From Heterodontus francisci (lineage: Eukaryota), in assembly GCF_036365525.1 (NCBI RefSeq), contig NC_090404.1:10106001-10170000 (forward strand): a DNA stretch of 64,000 bases. The letters run 5' to 3'. The notes under the pieces were generated by a model. That model had not been told where the DNA came from. It saw nothing but the letters and a program-made list of their open reading frames with translations, and did not search any database. Below, in pieces: positions 11,661 through 24,789 of this stretch. Numbering within the stretch: the stretch's first letter is position 1; every line of letters starts with the position of its first letter. A program made the position numbers and the translations under genes.

Positions 11661-11969
11661 GTGTCATCGTCCATCCAACTGTTATCCTCACCCAGAGTTC
11701 CAGTGAAGAAATCACAAGCAGCAGATTTGCAACTGTCTTGTGTTCAATCATCGATTTCCAGCCAGAGTCAATAACTGTGAGTTGGTTGAAGGATGGACAA
11801 CCCATGGAATCGGGCTTCGTCACTTCTCCCGCCTGTGAAGTGAACGGAAACTTCTCAGCGACCAGTCAGCTGACAGTTCCCGCTGGGGAATGGTTCACCA
11901 ACACGGTCTATACCTGCCAGGTCGCCCATCAAGGGGTCACCCAAAGCCGAAACATCACCGGATCTCAGG
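11661..11969 (+). CDS. IGHM: IgM CH2 exon (acceptor apparently shifted 9 nt)
   Basis: [33 protein letters not shown]...[20 protein letters not shown]; only usable AG at 11659-11660; donor gtaag. Confidence 0.9.
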
Positions 11970-13389
11970 GTAAGAGACACAAACCGAGGAAGCTGCAGAT
12001 CATTCTATGCTCCGATGATAATCAAATTGGACAATTTATTAGAATTAGTTACAAAGCGCAGAATAATTTTCTAATTCGCCATCGTGTAGTTTTATGCCTC
12101 ATTCCGCTGTAAGTGCTAAATTAGGATTGCTAACTGTTAAACGTGCCATCACATCACCAAAGAATGGTTCCCTCTGCTTGAATGTCATATCGCGCGTGAG
12201 GTGGCCTTGATATCAGGTTTATTTTAAGTTGCCTGATCATTTCGGGAACCCTTTACTGGTAACACCGTCGGGATCACGTGCCAGAAAGAGCATCTTCCCT
12301 ATTTAGAAAACCGTTCATTCTGGACTCCGGAGCTCAGGAAGAATATATTGGCATCGGGAATGGTGCAACGCAGATTCACTGGAATGATAGCGGGGCTGAA
12401 CGGGTTAAATTAAGAGGACAGGTTTCACAGAAAAAAAACTGGTATTCCTCTGAGTATAGAAGATTAAAGGGTCATCTAGTTGAGGTGTTTGAGATGTTTA
12501 CTGGAACAGATGGAGCCAATGAAGAAAAATATTTCCTCTGGTGGGGTCTCCAGAACAAGAGGGCATTAGGGTGACATATGGGTAGACGGTATTCAGATAT
12601 AGATCAGCCATTGTCCAATTGAATGGCCGAACAGGTTCGAGGGGCTGAATGGCCGACTCTTTTTCTTATGTTCCGATTACTGCCCGCTGGTCAGATCGCC
12701 ACCTGACTCCAGCCTGACATATGAGGAGTTCTCACTCATGACATGTATTAGCAAACTGCCCGACACATTTATTGCAAATTATTTTCCATCTCAAAAAGAC
12801 TCCTTGCAACTGCATTTTCCCGACCTTTCACCCCTCCTCCAATCGGTTCAGCACCCTAAATATCGCGACAAGGCGCCAGAAAATTAACTTTGTTTCCTGT
12901 TGGGCCTAAAATTCGGAATTTCATTTGACACTCGTTATGAGCCAGTGTGAATTCTATGTATAGCTCGTGTCCTTGGGTGACAGAGCCATTATCATCAGCG
13001 GGGATGTGATCCAGCGCAAGGATCGTTGGACGGGCGGAAATGCGAACATACGAATTAGGAGCAGGAGTAGGCCACTCGGCCCCTCGAGCCTGCTCCGCCA
13101 GGGATTAAAGGAAGAACGTTATTCAGTGCGTAACACAATTTCTCCAGCAGTTATTCGATTTTTAGGTACTTGTTTCAAAACCCATTACAGGCATCTTACG
13201 GTGCAAGTACACAGTATATGTTATAGGATCTCCCGGAAGCTTTTTCAGGTTGTTTTCCTTCCAATAAACAACATTATTTAAGCAACAGCATGAGGTTGAT
13301 ATCTCAAAGTTGATTTAATCTTCTGGAGACAGTGAAGGCGTCTGATTCTGAAGATGAATCTTTGTTTGACTTTCATTTCTGTTTTACAG

Positions 13390-13698
13390 TTCCTTGCTCC
13401 TGCAATGATCCAGTAATTAAACTACTGCCACCATCAATAGAACAGGTCTTAATGGAGGCGACGGTGACCTTAACCTGCGTCGTGTCTAATGCTCCTTATG
13501 GAGTCAACGTGTCCTGGACACAAGAAACGAAGCCTTTGAAATCAGAGATTGCCGTCCAACCCGGAGAGGATCCCGACAGCGTGATCAGCACCGTAAACAT
13601 TTCGACACAAGCCTGGCTGAGTGGGGCTGAGTTCTACTGCGTGGTGAGCCATCAGGATCTGCCGACTCCTCTCAGAGATTCCATCCACAAGGAAGAAG
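13390..13698 (+). CDS. IGHM: IgM CH3 exon
   Basis: ttttacag|; [16 protein letters not shown]...[22 protein letters not shown]; donor gtgag. Confidence 0.96.
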
Positions 13699-14181
13699 GT
13701 GAGCGGAGAGATTGAAGCAATAAGGGAGAGGTTGTGCCTATTTCCTGTGTTTGTACAAGGGGCAATTCGTCCTATTAAGTGGTTGAATGGATTATTCAGA
13801 TAATTGAATTGTAATTCACTAACGGGCCTCTCTGGAACCATAGATGATGCATTTAAGGGGAAGCTGGATAAGTAGATGGTGGAGAAAGGAATAGAAGGGA
13901 TGAAGTAAGGTGGGAGGAGGATCGTCCGCAGCATAAACACCAGCACAAGCTAGCTGGGCCGAATGGCCTGTTCCTGTGCTGTAAATTCTATGTCATTTTC
14001 CAGTCTAATCTTTTAAGTTCTCAGTAAGAAGGATTGCATCCGCCTCTGCTCCTGACTGGAAAACAGGACAGGCCCCAGAGGGGAAAAGGAAAACCTTTCA
14101 AATTTCTTTCACATCGAACCACCGGGTTCATTGTCTCTGGAATTCTCCAGTTTATTGACATTAATTTTAATTTTTCTGCAG

Positions 14182-14573
14182 TCAAAGATCTGCGGGAACC
14201 GTCCGTGTCTGTCCTCCTGCCCCCGGCAGAAGATGTCTCCGCTCAGAGGTTCCTCTCCCTCACCTGCTTAGTGAGAGGTTTCTCCCCCCGAGAGATCTTC
14301 GTCAAGTGGACCATCAATGACAAGTCGGTGAATCCCGGCAACTACAAGAACACCGAGGTGATGACGGAGAACGACAAGAGCTCCTTCTTCATCTACAGCC
14401 TGTTATCCATTGCAGCGGAGGAGTGGGCCAGCGGTGCTTCTTACTCCTGTGTGGTGGGACATGAAGCGATCCCCTTGAAGATCATCAACAGAACAGTTAA
14501 TAAATCCAGCGGTAAACCGAGTTTTGTGAACATTTCCCTTGCTCTGTTGGACACTGTCAATTCATGTCAATGA
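14182..14573 (+). CDS. IGHM: IgM CH4 exon plus secretory tailpiece (internal donor after 14511 for the membrane form)
   Basis: [15 protein letters not shown]...[13 protein letters not shown]...[22 protein letters not shown]; tailpiece has the NIS glycan site and penultimate Cys; G|gtaaac donor. Confidence 0.97.
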
Positions 14574-14601
14574 GAATCTCTCGATTGCATTTCAATTCTT
14601 A

Positions 14602-14617
14602 AATAAAAACCAATAAA
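14602..14617 (+). terminator. Secretory-form polyadenylation signals
   Basis: Two AATAAA at 14602 and 14612, just after the stop codon. Confidence 0.75.
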
Positions 14618-15569
14618 TACCCTTGGTTCCAATCGCGATTTAAATACACAACCGCTCAATTAGTTTTGCTTCCCACATCTGCTAAGGGCAGGTCTATTCA
14701 TCTAAAGTAGGATATTTGCAGGTCTCGGCCCAAGTCTTCTCGAATCAGTGCTCCCAGATCAGATACAGCACAGGTTAGCGATAGAGGAAAGCTGATTCGT
14801 TACAAGATTCTGTAGCGTATCTTCAGCAACTTTCCTCCTGTTGGGGGGAATCTGTGATTTTCCCTTTTCTAACAAACAAACGCATAGCACTTAAATCCCA
14901 GCGTTCCTGCTTCGCGTGTTATCCATCGCTTCAGGATTGAGGCCTCACAAGAATACCAACTGCACCCAAAATCCCTCAGCAGAAAGTGGGGAAAGGACAA
15001 AACTTCCTAAACAGAGAGAGGAGGAGGGCAATTGCTAATTCCCTATATCTCCACTAAGAGAGAGGGCAAAGGCAGCTGTAAACCGAATGTAGCTCCTCTC
15101 CCCAATTTCTCCAACACTGAAAGGAGTAAGGCCATTTGTTAAAACCCTGTACTCCCATACCCCCGGCAGAGAGTTTGGAAGGCAATTGCTCTCTAGTATA
15201 TGGACTCAGTTGCCATTAGTATAAAGTCGGCGTTAGCTCGCTGTGCGAAGGTTTTAAGCTTTCCACATGGGAATCATAATACCAAATATATATGTATGCG
15301 ATCTAATTTATTTAAAATCTGATTCCAACAGATTGAATTCTAATTGGCCAGATTTAATTGGTGATAGAATCCTCTCTTTATTCACGCTTGTGTTCCTGAT
15401 GTTTCTGAGGCCCATCAGTTGCATTGCGGCATACATTCAGCTAATGTCATATTACACGTCACACAGAATGTATTTATACACAGAACAGTGAAAAATATTC
15501 TCTACAATGCACATCGCCAGGGTCAGATCCGGTTACAAGTTCTCTGTGGAACTTTGAAAAATAATAAAA

Positions 15570-16333
15570 ATGCACAGACACACGGACACAAACACACACA
15601 TAAACACACTCACATGCACCTACACACATGAAAAGACCCAAATGCTGAAATAAGCGCTCTTACAGTCTCACACACAAACATAATTATTAACACTCACCTT
15701 AGTACAGTCTCACGTACACAGAAATATAGACATAAAAGCACACACTAGGATACACATTAACACACATACATGGACGCACATAAAAACAAGAAATGCTGGA
15801 AATACTCAGCGGGTCTGGCAGCATCTGTGGAGAGAGAAGCAGAGTTAACGTTTCAAATCAGTGACCCTTCTTCAGAACTTGGACGCACATACTCGCACAT
15901 TAACAGAGTCACACACGTATACACAAACACATAAATAAATAAACACATTAACACATTCACTCACACACAAACAAACAACCAAATCAATATACTGACACAC
16001 ACACACACACACATGGATACACAAACCCGCACATAAACACATAAATTAGCACACATGTACACATAATCACACATTAACACACGTGTTAATATATAAATGT
16101 AGACAACGACACATAAACACACATTATCACATTTTTGGAGGGACAAGAAGACATAAAGAAACACATTAACCTACTCCTTAAAAACGTTGACACGTGAACA
16201 CACATAAACCTCCAGGGAAACATAAACATATCCACCAACACAGAAGGACAGATTAACAAACTCATGGGGAACACAAACACACACATAAATAGATATTAGG
16301 ACGCTCATACACGCACATGGACAGATAGACAGA

Positions 16334-16379
<46 letters not shown>

Positions 16380-16620
16380 GCGCGCGCGTGCGCGGTGTTC
16401 ACTTGAATACACACACCAATGCACTTTGGCACATTAACACACATTAACATACATACACAAGGCCATCAACATATAAAGAAACAAATCAATACACTCGCTT
16501 TTGGGTAGACAAACGAATAAATAAATACACCCATTAACACTCGCACATAAGCACACGTGGATAAACAAATACAGAGTAATGCAAAGCAAGAGATACTCAT
16601 ACACACATACACAAATACTG
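15570..16620. repeat. CA-rich low-complexity tract with (CA)n microsatellite
   Basis: Direct inspection; pure (CA)n at about 16337-16376. Confidence 0.9.
15783..15879 (-). mobile_element. Penelope-terminus short insertion
   Basis: Same sequence as 1572-1669; TSD tggacgcacata at 15771 and 15880. Confidence 0.75.
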
Positions 16621-17212
16621 AAGCTCTCAAAGAAAACGCCAGTCTCTCGAAGAAAGTAGAATTCAAATGCATTATTTGAACAGACACCGTCACCATCACT
16701 TTCCCCAATACATGTTGGTCCTGCAATAACAATGAAGCAATGTTCTCATTTAGAAACTGAGGTAAATTAATGATTTAACAACCACTTTCATCACAAGCAA
16801 ACAAACAAGACTGGAGCTCACATCCGATCTCTCACCCAGGACCATTGACTATCTCCAAATAAGTAACAACATGAACCTATCTTCAAAATAATTGCTATCG
16901 ATCAGTAAATTTCCCTCGATATCTCACCATAATAATCTCTAATGATAGAACAAAATTGATCCAAAATAAGATAGCGCCTGAGGCTGAAAAAAACTGACAT
17001 ACTTTCGCACGAGAATCATAAAGAGAGAACGGCTGTGGAGTTTGTAATAGAAATAGATTACTGAGAGTGATTAAAATAATAGACATTCGTTGAAAATTAA
17101 ATTAGATAACAAAATAACAGCGGAATGAAGAGAACTGCAACTGCAAAATAAAAATCTTATATCCTGGATTAATAAATGAGCTAAACATATTTCCTCCTCT
17201 ACATCCCCGTAG

Positions 17213-17340
17213 ATTCCTCAGACCACATCTGGATTGAAGTCAATGAGGAGGAGAGTGGCAACATCTGGACAACCGCTTCCACATTCATCATCCTGTTCTT
17301 CCTGAGCATTTTCTACAGTGCTGCCGTCACTCTGGTGAAG
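17213..17340 (+). CDS. IGHM: IgM TM1 exon
   Basis: ccccgtag|; [43 protein letters not shown] (conserved antigen-receptor TM motif); donor gtgag. Confidence 0.96.
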
Positions 17341-17480
17341 GTGAGAAGATTCAATCCACTCACACTTCAATTTGACTGAAGCTGTGAAACAAATCTCGAA
17401 AAGTTCCATCGATTAAAAAAACTGAGATGAATTCCCAGATCATGAAATCTTTGCTTCATTCTTTTATCCCTCTTCTGCAG

Positions 17481-17489
17481 ATCAAGTAA
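17481..17489 (+). CDS. IGHM: IgM TM2 exon coding part (IK*)
   Basis: tcttctgcag|ATC AAG TAA; AATAAA at 17905-17910. Confidence 0.9.
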   Translation: MK

Positions 17490-18299
17490 TCGATTGAATT
17501 TCGGCCGCCTCGGATTTTCCTCAATTTTTAACATCTCTGTATGGCCAAAAAACTGTAAAAGTAGAATGCCTTCATTGTATGGTTCCGAATGTAGCTGAGA
17601 ATATCAGAAACATTATTTCCATGTTTTCTGTTTGAAATGTATGAGATATTTGTGGTTATAATGTAAATATATCTTCGAGTTCCATCGTTTTTTGGACTTC
17701 ATGTAAGTAACTATTCCGTCTTCGCAATGTTTCTTTCCCTTTATGTTGAGCCCCTGTTTTCTCTTTCGGGTGTGTTACAGTTTTACAAACAGCTGGCAGC
17801 TCAGACCGCAAATGTTCTGTTCTCAATGTGGCGCGCAGTTGTTATTTGCATTTTGGGTCTCTTTTTTAAAGCCTTCGATGTAAAAAGTTCATTTTGCAAT
17901 TGTTAATAAATCTTGAATAACAAATATATTGGACTTTGATGAATTCCTTGTCCAAGGCCCAACCACACTGCTCCATTTTCCCTATTACACGCTTTCCACC
18001 TTTCCTGGCAGCTATTTTTCACCAGTCCTGTCTGGATTACGTTTGAACCCAAGGCGTTTCGGTGAAGGAGCCGCTGCGCCATCCAGAGTCCATTGGAGTA
18101 AAGGCACCTTTCCCTCTGCATCTTGATGGAAATCCCCAGAGGCAAAATGAGCGCACAGCGACCTGGAGCACCTCGCTGACTTCTCTCATCTTATCGTCTG
18201 TCACAGTCACATGCCAGATTATAATAAAGAGCGGCGCTCTGCTCCAACACAACCTGACACAGTATAGTGTATGGAGGAATAATGTTCCATCACACTTTT

Positions 18300-18512
18300 G
18301 TAGGACAGGCACGACGCAGGTTAGATAGAGAGTAAAGCTCCTCCTTCACCATACCATCAAACACTCTCAGGGCAGGTACAGGACTGGTTAGATACAGGGT
18401 AAAGTTCCCTCTACACTGCCCAATCAAACACTCCCAGGGCAGGTACAGCACTGGTTAGATACAGAGTAAAGCTCCCTCTACACTGTCCTATCAAACACTC
18501 CTAGGGCAGGGT
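18300..18512 (+). repeat. 67-bp tandem repeat, about 3 copies
   Basis: ggttagatacagagtaaagctccctctacactgtc...; ggtta at 18319, 18386 and 18453. Decayed relatives occur in both J-C introns (~6600-7000, ~41870-42210). Confidence 0.8.
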
Positions 18513-18529
18513 TTGATGCGGCACAGACA

Positions 18530-18835
18530 CATAAAGCAGCACAAACTGTGGGAATGATTCGTAAAGACTGGTGCATATCTGACACAATGTACAATCGAGT
18601 ACAAATGCTGGGAAATATTCCAAAAGCCTGTGGTCCATCTGACACTTCAGGGAGCACAAGCCCTAGGAATGATCCCTACAGCCTCAGGCCTATCCAATGC
18701 ATCAGAGAGGACAACCGATGGGAATGATTTCCAATGCTTGAAACCTATGTGACAAACAAGGAGGCAGAATGCCTGGGTTGATTCTCAGAACTTGGGTCCT
18801 ATCTGACACAAGAGCGGGCACAAATTGTGGGATCT
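18530..18835 (+). repeat. Diverged ~55-60-bp tandem repeat
   Basis: Recurring gcacaa...gggaatgatt...tatctgacac. Confidence 0.6.
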
Positions 18836-20129
18836 GATCTTACCTGATACAGTGACTCTATCTTTGCATTTTCTGTTGCACACATAACCCACACTCTCCA
18901 CCTGTTCTGTTAGGCAAACACATACACGCAATCACACTCAGATACACACACCACTTTTCTGTTCAGAACATGCTGACTCTCTGCTTCCACCTTTTCTACG
19001 ATACCAGTTACCCTGCTCCTTTGTTTACCTGCCGACCTTTCTCTCTGTTCTGCTCTATTCCCTCTGATACCATCTCCTCACTGAATATCACCACAGGGAT
19101 CCTCTCTCCCGGCTCCATTCACTCGGATACCATCTCCCTGAAGACACTGAACATCATCCCAGCGATTCTTTTTCCCTGCCCATTCCGTCTAATATCATCT
19201 CCCTGATCATCACTCCAGGGATCTGCCAGTGACATTCACACCATTCACTACCTGAAGTTGCTCTCCACCTCCTTCATCTTTCAGCAGATTCTTTTAGCGC
19301 CTCCCGGCCACAGAACCGCTTTTCCTCTAAACATCCGATGTTCAGGCGCGAGGTCTCTTGTGGTTGAATACTACATCAGGTTAAGGGAAGGAAGAATTAA
19401 CTGCCCTTCTGAAAGGCTTGGAATGATATTTGGGAATGGGTGGTGTTGATGCCTGAACTGTTTCTCTGTCCCAATCTCTCCCCCTCCCACCAACCCCCTC
19501 CCCCACCCCGCCCCCTCATCCCCAACCACTATCAATCGGGGCCGCCTTGTCCTCTAAGCTACAATTATCTTTAATTGCCCTCGCTGTGTCTCTCAATCCC
19601 TCTGTCCTTTCCCCAGACTCGGGCAGTCTCACTGCTGCACGGCCTCGTTCAGATGCGAGAAGAGTCCTGCCTTGGGTCACAGCCAGGAGTTAGGGACCGC
19701 AGGGGCTGAGCGGAGGCTGGAGACCGCTCGTGGCCCACTGACCCTAAATGAATGGAGGGAAATAACCAGTCACAGTGCGGCGACGTGGAGAAACCATTGT
19801 TCCGGCATCTTTGCATTAGGTACAATCGGCCATGTTTGTGTGCCGACATCTTTGTGTGGCGCACGGTCGACCATGATTCAGTGAAGGCACATAACGTTCA
19901 TGTTTGCAGTTTATTGAAAAGAACAGCTCGATTGAAAGGAAAACCGGCTTCACTTTTCCATCAAAATTGCTGTTCCATCTTCATCTACTAAAGGTGAAAG
20001 TTTCGTCGGCGCCAGAATATAAAAAGATGTGGTTAAAGCAGTTGTCGATGAGCGCATGCGCAGTGCGGTCTCCCAGAGTGCAGCCCGAACCTTGCCACAG
20101 ATCGGGGCCTTTCACAACCGCAAAGACCC

Positions 20130-20490
20130 GGCAATGTGGAAAATTTACCAGGTATGTCCAGTCCACAAAAGGACAAATCCAGTCTGGTAACTACCGCCGC
20201 ATCAGTCCATTTTCAAACATTGGCAGAAGATGTCATTGGCAGTGCTATTGAGTGGCACCTACTCAGCAGTAATGTGCTCACTGATGCTCAGTTTGGGTTC
20301 AGCCAGGGCCACTCGGCTCCAGACTTCATTACAGCCTGGGTATAAACATGGACAAAGGAGCTAACTTCCAGAGGTGAGGTAGGAGTGACTGCTCTTAACA
20401 TCAAGGCAACATTTGACCGAGTGTGGCATCAAAGAACGCTAGAAAAATTGAAGTCAATGGGAATCAGCGGGAAAATACTGCACTGGTTTG
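20130..20490 (+). mobile_element. LINE RT fragment (same family as 36700-38880)
   Basis: LTDAQFGFSQGHSAPD and atcaaggcaacatttgaccgagtgtggcatc. Confidence 0.8.
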
Positions 20491-20977
20491 GTTAGCCTTG
20501 TTCGGGGGTTAATAGATGGTACAATTTGGCTGGGTCTTTTTTTAATGTGGAAAGTTTAAAATGATATGTTAGGCGATTTGTGGAGGGATGGGATTGAATT
20601 AACAGTGCGTTTCTCCGAGCACAATCAGAATTTTGATTGGGGGCTTTGACTGGAGCGGTCGGTCTTAACAATATATCTATATCCATATATTAATCTACCT
20701 CACTTGTTTTTTCTAATTCTCTCTCTCTCTCTCGGTGTGTGAGAGGCAGTGTTCTATGTCTGTCCATCTATTTACTCTGGATGCTCTGCAACCAAACATA
20801 GTATTTATTATTTAATATTTTTCGATGCACTGTATCTGCAGGATATATAGGATGTTGTAACTTTATCCAGATGGAAGGTTAAACATGGGCAAGTAACATT
20901 TCGGAATATCACCGTCACTTTTAAAAGGCTTGGTTTGGGGAAAGGTTAACGCTACAGCAGAGACCCGGCAGCAAACA

Positions 20978-21420
20978 AGGTATTGTGCGGCTGGATCCGT
21001 TCTTTGTCTCACTGTGCCCCCATGGCACAGTGGTACATTCCATTGTCCTGGACCACGGTGATATCGATAGAGATGGTGTTGGACTTCTTTACTCGGTCCA
21101 AAGACATTGTGTAGCTTCCTGTAGTCTCAGTGCCCTGGTATATGGAGCCTGTCAGTGTCTGTCTGTACCAGGCTACGGTATCCCCAGCAGCAATGGAGAG
21201 CCGGCAGTCCAGTTCAACCCGTTCACCTTCCCGAGACATCACCTGCTTCGGGTGTGACCTCTAATCCTGAACGGCTGTGAACAAAACAAAGCCATTCAAC
21301 AACCACACGGCATTAAGAGATCGGTGAAGAAAAGTGTCTGATCAGATAAATAAATTCACACATCATCAACAGCACCAGGACTCCAACTGGAACCCGGTTT
21401 TTGCGGAGGTTTCTGTTCAT
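20978..21420 (-). pseudogene. TCR alpha/delta-type V pseudogene with leader and 23-RSS
   Basis: Leader 21420-21360 (MNRNLRKNRVPVGVLVLLMM, gt donor). V exon 21274-21017 has an early stop/frameshift and a shortened FR2 (..ELDC..VAWYRQT..DNGMYHCAMG). RSS CACAGTG-23-ACAATACCT. Confidence 0.8.
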
Positions 21421-24400
21421 GACGGTGAAGATGGACAAAAGGCGGAACAATCAGGGTCTGATTTCCAGACTAGGACTTGCTGCCGAGTCCCAGACTCTCA
21501 ATGGTGAGGAGGGGGAGGAGAGGGGAGAACTTTACATTCTCCTGGTACAGGGTGAGACTGATGGGCGACATTCACCACTCGAACTATTATGGGATGTCGT
21601 CATCTGACATTATTCACTGTGCTTCTCAGGGATTGGCTGTCTCTCAATTCATAGACTCTTGAACAGTCACTGAGAAGAAATTTCTCTTGTCGCTGTATAT
21701 AGCCAGAGGCTAAATTATTCAGGAAGATTTAATCTCTGTCATCTTTCTAATTCAAAATGTCATTCTTGGTCTTAGAATCGGAAACATTTCCAGCACAAAG
21801 AGAGAGGCCATTCGCCCCACCAGTCTTTTGCTGCCTCTGTGAAAGAGCTGCCCACATAGACCCAATCATCTGCCTGTTCCCCATATCTTATTTTTTATTT
21901 TTAAAATTTATTTTCGCTTTTGCAAACTTTTATCTACTTGGCTCTTAATTTTGCTCAGATTGTATTTCCACCACTACTTCTCGTTGGGTCATCCCATCCA
22001 CGAACAATTCTGCGCTAAAAAATACAAAACCTACTAAACTCCCTCTCAGGTTAATTAGTAATGATCTGAAATGTCGCCCTCCAGTTGTCCACTGTACGGC
22101 CAGTCGTGCTAACTGTGTATGTTTTTCAATCTTTCCCTCAACTTTCCCAATTATGAGCCCAGTCTGTCACACCGCTTCTGTTCTGGTGAAAATATCCTCA
22201 GTTCCTCAAGTCTCCGCTGAGAAATATCGTCTCTCACCCCAGCTTCATCTTTTGGAATCTCTCCCGCGCCCTCTCCATGAATTTAATATCTTTCTAAAGA
22301 AGGGATCAAAAACTGGATTAAGTATTCTCACAGAAGGCTCACCTATGATGTGTACAAATTTATCATTTCTGAGCATTTTTTTAATATCCGTGCTCCTCTT
22401 TATAAACATTGTATTATTTAATCTCTTCACAGTATCAGCAGCATTATCTCCACTTTTTGCCTCTGAATCACGAATTCTCTGCCCTCCCTTACTCATTTAA
22501 ATTAATATTCCATTTGTCGTTATTTGTCTGCTTTACATTTACTGTCGCATCCGTGTGGTGGATATGGTTTCATTGTATGAGGCAAAAAGCAACCACAAGG
22601 TTTGATTATACTTTCGACCCATTACCCCTGTTGTACTTCTGACAACGGCTGGTTGTCTTTCAGTCCTGTGCCTGCTTGAATTTTCCTGATGGGACAGGCG
22701 CACCGCCTGGTGGCGATTTCGGGTAAACGTTGCCTATCGAATTTGTCAAACTTAGTATTCAGTCCAGATTTATTTGTAGTTTTCTGCTTATTAATTTTAT
22801 CATGTAGAGGTTGTTTGCTATTGAGAGAAATTAACTTAAAACGCATGTAAGTATTGTAACTTACACTTTAGTTGATTTGATTTAACGTGACACTAAATAA
22901 CCAAAAAAGAAATATAAATGACTAAAATGTTATATTTGCATCAGTTCCAGGAATATGAGCATCTCTGACAAGACCCGTACTTATTGAACATCTCTAGTGG
23001 TTCTGCCGACTCTGGAACTATATAAGTGAGTTTCTAATACCACAATCACATTGGACATGGCCCTGGGAACTCAGGGCTGCCGAGTAACCTCAGCCCCACT
23101 GGGATTTATACTCTTGAAGTGGTGACACCATTAACCTTTCCTTAACTGTTTAGATTTTTTTTATGAAATGACACAAATTGCAATCCTGAATGTTTGTTTT
23201 CTAAAGAGAGGCTAAAGCTGGTGAGAATGAAAGTCCTGAATTCGATTAATGAAAATGACAAGATAGCCTAAAAGCTCTCTCACCATAGTTACCAATGTGC
23301 ATCTTCCCACAGTAACACACACCGGAGTCTGGAGCCGCGATTTCCCGCGGGCCGAAAATTCTATAAGCTCTCTTTCTGTCAACAAACACCCCGCACCGTC
23401 CGCCCCCACCTATTGTCTTAACGTGATAGACAGATCTTATAAAATCCAGTGTCCAGTCCGGTAATTGCCGATATCACATTATCCTATCATTTCTCCTGGT
23501 GGTCAGATCGCACAGAATTTGAACGCTTGTGCCTCTAGCGCCTTCAGCTGCTCGGTTTTGGACATGCCTCTCTTTACAGCGGGCTCTTGTTAATAGAAGT
23601 CATAGATGCAACACTCTCAATAGCTTTATTTCCCAAACCAGTCTTCTTAAGTCAGAATAGCCACATGAGAAGAAAAAGGCGAAATCCCAATTGGGTGCAT
23701 CGTATTTCAGAATATTAGTTCTGAAATTCCAGTGATATCGATTGTCTGAAAATCCATCTGCATCGTCCATCAATTCAGTAATCAGTGTTTGAATTTACTA
23801 GTGATCACCAAAGCCAGCCGTCACTTTGTTCTTCAGTATCCTATAATCAGACGGCTGCCGTGTTTCGCACAGACACGCCCAATATTGAGGTTGGGTGGAC
23901 TTTCAAATGCGATTGGTGTCCATTCACTCTGAAGGGGGAATCGTATCCTTCGCAATGGGCCTGAAGCAATCATTTCACCCTCTGGACCTCAGTGTTAACA
24001 TCCTTCCCAGACAGATGCCTCCCTTTCTGCTGGGGGTGAATGAGATGAGCAGTGCCTCAGGCAGATTACCTGAAAAAGCACTCGGGGCTACCGAATGTAA
24101 GTGAGAAATGAAGATTCAGGTTGGCTTAACTACTGATGATGAGAGAATAAGCATCATTATGGTGGATGTATCCAGGCAAATGTAAAGTGCAAGGGCTGCT
24201 CACATTGACAGGGCTAAATTGATTTGTTATCAGTTCTTATCGATTGTTCAATTGCAGCATTCACCTGTACAACACCTGGGCAGTACATGTGTGAAGAAAT
24301 GACTTCAATAATAATGCACCTGATGGTAATTATATAACTCCACTTCTCTGTAAGAACAGTGTTACCCCCAGGCTCACAAACGCATTTGCAGGGTTATTTT

Positions 24401-24789
24401 TATGAGGAACATAGGGAACATAGAAGCAGGTGTAGGCCATTCAGCCCATCGAGTCTGCCTTGTCGTTCAATCTGATCATGGCTGATCATCCACTTCAATG
24501 CCTCTTTCTCACACTATCCTCATATCCCCTTATGCCATTTGTATTTTGAAATCTGTCAATCTCTACTTTAAACATACTCAATGACTGAACTTCCACAGCC
24601 CTCTGTTAATTATACATCTGCTGGAATTGAACAAAGGGTGTGAAGGCGGACGCGAGCTAATGTCACAAAATCCCAACCTATTCCGAATTTTAATTAGAAA
24701 TGAGAAATATATTTAATTCGAAACTGCAAACCTGAGGTGACAAGCTCGTTTGCAGTTAAGTAATGTTTGAAATGTTAAATGATAAGTGG

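Noticed and set aside
15961-16732. Cys/Val-rich ORFs (also 57518-57851)
   Set aside because: Translations of CA/TG microsatellite-rich DNA.
17481-17489. Cytoplasmic tail KIK instead of KVK
   Set aside because: Single conservative substitution, with no basis for a functional claim.
19771-19810. CACAGTG as an orphan RSS
   Set aside because: No nonamer at 12 or 23 nt and no V or D coding sequence upstream.
23700-24110. Unique-looking stretch checked for a V, D, J or C exon
   Set aside because: No Ig-fold motifs, RSS or FGxG/WGxG found on either strand.
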